A DNA stretch of 64,000 nucleotides. Origin: Candidatus Woesebacteria bacterium (GTDB lineage Bacteria > Patescibacteriota > Microgenomatia > UBA10105 > UBA927). Made by a program: the position numbers and the translations under genes. Numbering within the stretch: the stretch's first letter is position 1; each line of letters opens with the position of its first letter. This document shows positions 60,442 to 64,000 of the stretch, piece by piece. The DNA is taken from assembly GCA_044223895.1 (NCBI GenBank), contig JBGALL010000002.1, positions 704-64,703 of the forward strand, written 5' to 3'. The notes under the pieces are model-generated. The model was not told the DNA's origin. It did no database searches and saw only the letters and a list, made by a program, of their open reading frames with translations.

Positions 60442-61291
60442 TTAGTGACAGGATTCTTTTTTTGTCTCCTGGTGGTTTTCTCCTTTAGAGTTTTGTCGAG
60501 TGGCTTCCTTCCAGATAAATCTGGCCAAAATAACAATGATTAGCAAAACGACGATGTCTAAAACCGGATTTTTTAATCGGGATGAAAGGTCGTAAACAAA
60601 GGTGCGGATAAATGTGCCGTACATTTGATTCTGCTCCGCGTTGATCCGGTCGGTGAGAGCGAGATATGCGATGATGACAGCTGAAATCATAAAAGTAGCA
60701 GACGCCAGAAGTTTGAGTGGTTTCTCGATTGTCTTTTTCATTTTGTACAGGTACTGATTGGTCAATTTTTCGTAAAAAAGCGATAGGAAAAATAGCGGAA
60801 AGACTATCCTACAACAGACCATCGACACTATGAATGCAGCTCCCAGACTTGGTGCTAGGGTTGAGAGAGTTAGTGCGGTAAAAAGGACGGGAGCACAACA
60901 GGCGGAAGTAATGCCTGAGAATACTCCCAAAACATAGGTTGAAAGCACGGCTCGCCTTTAGGCTCAGGGATACATAGGCCGGGTTGGGGAAGTTGAAGTT
61001 TAATCTCAAACAAGTGTCATCAGTCCCACAATAAACATAAACAAGGCTCCGAGAAGATATACCACTGTGTGGTACTGATCAAAAAAGGAAACAATTATCT
61101 TCATGCCCATTGCAACAGGCACCAGAATCGACCCTAACCCTAGTGCAAAGACTATAGTCAGCAGCACTATCCGGCTCTTTTCTGAAAATCGTTCCTAGTA
61201 GGATGGGAACAGAAAGGTAATACAGCAAGGAGCAACAACGCCACCATTCCACCTAGGAATGAAGCCGTGAGAGAAACACCAAATAAGAGGT
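60442..61291 (-). pseudogene. frameshifted CcdA/DsbD-like (cytochrome c biogenesis / thiol-disulfide transmembrane) protein gene
   Basis: N-terminal MDTNLLFGVSLTASFLGGMVALL..PC.. then ILLGTIF.. / SRIVLLTIVFALGLGSILVPVAMG in shifted frames, then 168-aa C-terminal ORF. Confidence 0.4.
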
Positions 61292-61304
61292 TTGTGTCCA
61301 TAAT

Positions 61305-61769
61305 TTATTCCACGTTCGCTTTAACTGTAAAAGTAAGTTTTCCATTTTCCGGATCGTTGGTATTTATATACACGTCACGGGTTACTACACCTGAAACCGG
61401 CATAATGTACGGTCTATAAGTAACGGTGAGTGCAGCAGTTTTGCCCGGCTCAATCCAGCCTTGCCAGGTTCCTTTGGAGTGCATATCAAACTCAGACTGA
61501 AGTTTCACATACGTAGTGATTTGGCCGACTGTACAACCACAGGAAGAACTGATGTTTGAAAGAACTAACGGCTTGCTGCCTTTATTTTCAATCACAAACT
61601 CAGCCTTTTTCTCGTCTTTGACGTTCATCGTCCCCAAGTCCGAAAATTTTGAAGAAGCTTCTGCACGCGGGCGCTCACTGTCTGTAGTGTTGTAAGTGAT
61701 TGTTTGAGAATTAGCATTAGTCTGTTTACCTGAAGCGAGCGAAAAGACGGCAATTACAGCGATAATCAA
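61305..61769 (-). CDS. DUF1573-domain protein with N-terminal membrane anchor (start codon uncertain, TTG in ORF track)
   Basis: SSSCGCT motif and Ig-like beta pattern. Confidence 0.5.
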   Translation of the reverse strand: MIIAVIAVFSLASGKQTNANSQTITYNTTDSERPRAEASSKFSDLGTMNVKDEKKAEFVIENKGSKPLVLSNISSSCGCTVGQITTYVKLQSEFDMHSKGTWQGWIEPGKTAALTVTYRPYIMPVSGVVTRDVYINTNDPENGKLTFTVKANVE

Positions 61770-61901
61770 AACCGTAAACCCACCGATAATATAAAGTGAT
61801 GAGCTGTCTGTACCAGGAAGATGTATGTTTGTTTATAGTTTTTATGATAATGAGGTGAATATTAAGATTTGATGAGTCTGGAAGGATCAAAAATCGTGGC
61901 C

Positions 61902-62797
61902 TTATACCAAAGGAAGTGAAATCGTAAACGTTGTGCCTCTGCCCACTTTACTCTCAACTTCAATAGTCCCTCTGTGGGCGGTAATAATGCCCTGTACAAT
62001 TGCCAGTCCCAAGCCGGAGCCAAAAGTCTTATTTGTCCGGGATCCTCTGTAAAAACGATCGAAGATATTTGGCAAATCGGATTCGGGAATACCAACACCT
62101 GTATCTTTGACTATAACGATGGCTTGAGAACTACGCTTTTTGAGTGAGAGGGAGACATTTCCTTTTTTCGGAGTATACGAGACTGCATTATCGATTAGAT
62201 TGAGAACGGAACGGAAAAGCTTGTCTTCATGACCGCGGACTAAAATTTCTTTTTCTATCGATCCGGTGACCGAGATACCTTTTTCTACTGCCATTTTCTC
62301 TGCCACTTCTTTAAGTTGGATAACAATATCCGAGAGGTTGACTGTCTCTTTTAGTGCACGCGCTGTATCTGCTTCTGACCACGCCAGATCGAGAATGTTT
62401 TTAATCCTGGTTGCCAGACGGTTGGTGTCTTTTAAGAGCTCGGTCAATTCGGCTTTGTATTCTTCTTTGGTTCTATCCTTAGCCATAAGCACCTCAATGC
62501 TGCCTCTCAAAGTTGAAACAGGAGTTTTCAGCCTGAAGGCTACAGACGCTAATAACCGCTGTTCCTGCTCGAAAGCGCGATTTAAGCGGTCCAGAAGCTG
62601 ATTGAAGAATCGGCCAGCTCACCAATTTTATCCTCACTGTCTATGCCGGTTACTTTCTCATTTAGGTTTTCGCTGGTGATGGTTTTTATTTTTGAGGAAA
62701 GCGTTGTTAACTCATCAGTCATTTTGCGGATGATATAAAGTCCCTCAAGAGCTAAAGGGCGCAAAAGGACAAAAAAAAGAATATTGCCATACAGTGA
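61902..62797 (-). pseudogene. frameshifted sensor histidine kinase (short TM sensor, HAMP, DHp, HATPase_c)
   Basis: HAMP in ORF 62582..62764 (DKIGELADS), DHp QEQRLLASVAFRLKTPVSTLRGSIE in shifted frame, HATPase_c N/G1/G2 boxes in 61902..62510. Confidence 0.5.
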
Positions 62798-62920
62798 TTA
62801 AAATGAGGAATCGCTATATAAAAGAAAGCGGTGATGGAAATAAGTGACGTGGCATACCAAAGAAAAAAGCCTGCCTCTGATGTTTTTGGGTAGCTCTATA
62901 TATTTATGGCTCTCACTGAT

Positions 62921-63574
62921 TTTTATAGCCGACACCATGTACAGTATGGATAAGCTGTTGCTTGGCCCCTTTATCAACCTTTTTTCTCAAAGCCGCCATA
63001 AACACGTCTACAACATTACTCATGCTGTCGAAGTTATAGTCCCAGACATGCTCAATCACCATGGTTCTACTTACCACTTCGTCTTTATGCCTGAGAAGTA
63101 GTTCAGAATGGCAAATTCCTTGGGCGTGAGTGACAGGGTTTTTCCGGCACGGCCTGCTTTGTGTTTAATCGGGTCCAACTTCCAAATCGGCAATTTTGAG
63201 AATCGCGAACTTTCCTGTTTACTTCTGCGGATCAAAGCATGAAGCCGGGAGCGCAGTTCCATAGAGGCAAAGGGTTTGGTGAGATAATCATCCGCTCCGC
63301 TGTCAAGACCGGCCACCTTGTCCTCAACGGTCGTTTTGGCCGTCAGCATCAAAACGGGCGTTTTAATTTGCTTATTACGAAGTTCCCTACAAAGGGTAAT
63401 ACCATCGACCTTGGGAAGCATGATATCGAGGATAATTGCATCATACGCCTCACCCTCCGCCAAATGCCCTTCCTCACCGTCAAAGGCTGTATCTACAGCA
63501 AATCCTTCTTCGGTGAGTCCTTTTTTGATGATACTGGAAAGCCGGCGTTCATCCTCCACCAATAGAATTCTCAT
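62921..63574 (-). pseudogene. frameshifted OmpR-family response regulator (receiver + winged-helix)
   Basis: receiver MRILLVEDE...ILDIMLP...LMLTAK in ORF 63071..63574; C-terminal SNVVDVFMAALRKKV...TVHGVGYK winged helix continues in another frame to 62921. Confidence 0.55.
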
Positions 63575-63578
63575 GTCC

Positions 63579-63809
63579 TCATATTATACCTTGAAAGATG
63601 AAGATTTTATTAAGATTTTTACCTCGAGTTGTTTTGGGAGGGCATTTAGAGTCAGCGTATGAGCAAAATACACAACAATCTCCTTCTTTCGGTTTCAGCA
63701 TTTCTCCGCATTTCTGACACTTATAGAAATGTTGACAGGCATCCGTGGGCATCGTCACTTTTTGTACAGCCCCACACTTTGGACAAGTTAGAGTTGCTTC
63801 AGTTTTCAT
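63579..63809 (-). CDS. GDCCVxC-motif Cys-rich small protein with N-terminal zinc-ribbon (CPKCG...CQKCG)
   Basis: EGDCCVFCSY motif; 76 aa; start ATG overlaps upstream stop (ATGA). Confidence 0.5.
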   Translation of the reverse strand: MKTEATLTCPKCGAVQKVTMPTDACQHFYKCQKCGEMLKPKEGDCCVFCSYADSKCPPKTTRGKNLNKIFIFQGII

Positions 63810-64000
63810 TTTAGGTATTTGTTAAAAAAGTCTATTGTCCGTTTTGAGATAACATTCCATCCTAAGTTTCGAAAGTTATGATCCTGACCGGGGTACTCAA
63901 AGTACTCAACTTGTTTACCTAACTTTTCCAGATCCACATCTAATTCTTTTGACCACTCCGGATCTACTTCAGTATCGGAGAGTCCTTGGTGAAGACTGAT
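63806..64000 (-). CDS. C-terminal fragment of an alpha/beta-hydrolase (dienelactone hydrolase/S9-like), gene continues beyond window
   Basis: partial ORF ending FEYPGQDHNFRNLGWNV...; truncated by window edge. Confidence 0.4.
   Translation of the reverse strand: MSLHQGLSDTEVDPEWSKELDVDLEKLGKQVEYFEYPGQDHNFRNLGWNVISKRTIDFFNKYLK

Overview
This is a low-GC (about 33-38%), gene-dense bacterial window with a CPR/Patescibacteria-like flavour: many small membrane proteins, SD-dependent starts, and GTG/TTG starts. Three parts.

(1) 0.4-42 kb, mostly glycan and cell-surface functions. This part carries a GH125 alpha-mannosidase, an SGNH hydrolase, two GH5 hydrolases and an exopolysaccharide-type glycosyltransferase cluster (epimerase, GT4, GT2, processive GT2 with D,D,D,QxxRW, and a GT-C-like membrane protein with LysM). 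It also has a MacAB/HlyD-type ABC exporter, a 1024-aa SNF2-family helicase, and a pair of large acidic proteins (HExxH/M48-like, then ABC1/UbiB-like kinase). Four secreted proteins carry type-I dockerin modules: two GH5s, a PQQ beta-propeller and a pectate-lyase-fold beta-helix protein. An NHL-repeat propeller with tandem DNA repeats sits nearby. A conserved 42-nt motif flanks the 36.3-42.2 kb secreted-protein block.

(2) 43.2-51.6 kb, a T4SS-like locus. A Nuc-like single-HKD PLD endonuclease is followed by a convergent operon encoding a CPR-style type-IV-secretion-like apparatus: VirB2-like pilin, VirB6-like protein with a fused pilin-like N-terminus, VirB3-like, VirB4 split into two ORFs, and an M23 peptidase. 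The operon ends with an AbiEii/DUF1814 nucleotidyltransferase, a 254-aa unknown protein and an XRE HTH regulator.

(3) 52-64 kb, a higher-GC heavy-metal segment. It contains a YHS protein, a P1B-type (CopA-like) ATPase, an ArsR/SmtB regulator with a palindromic operator over its own promoter and start, a CDF-like transporter, a CcdA-like protein, a GDCCVxC Cys-rich protein and a two-component system.

From 56.8 to 63.6 kb at least eight consecutive genes carry frameshifts (the CDF-like, CcdA-like and two-component genes among them) while the flanking genes are intact. This reflects either a decaying acquired island or locally poor consensus.

I found no rRNA, convincing tRNA or CRISPR array.
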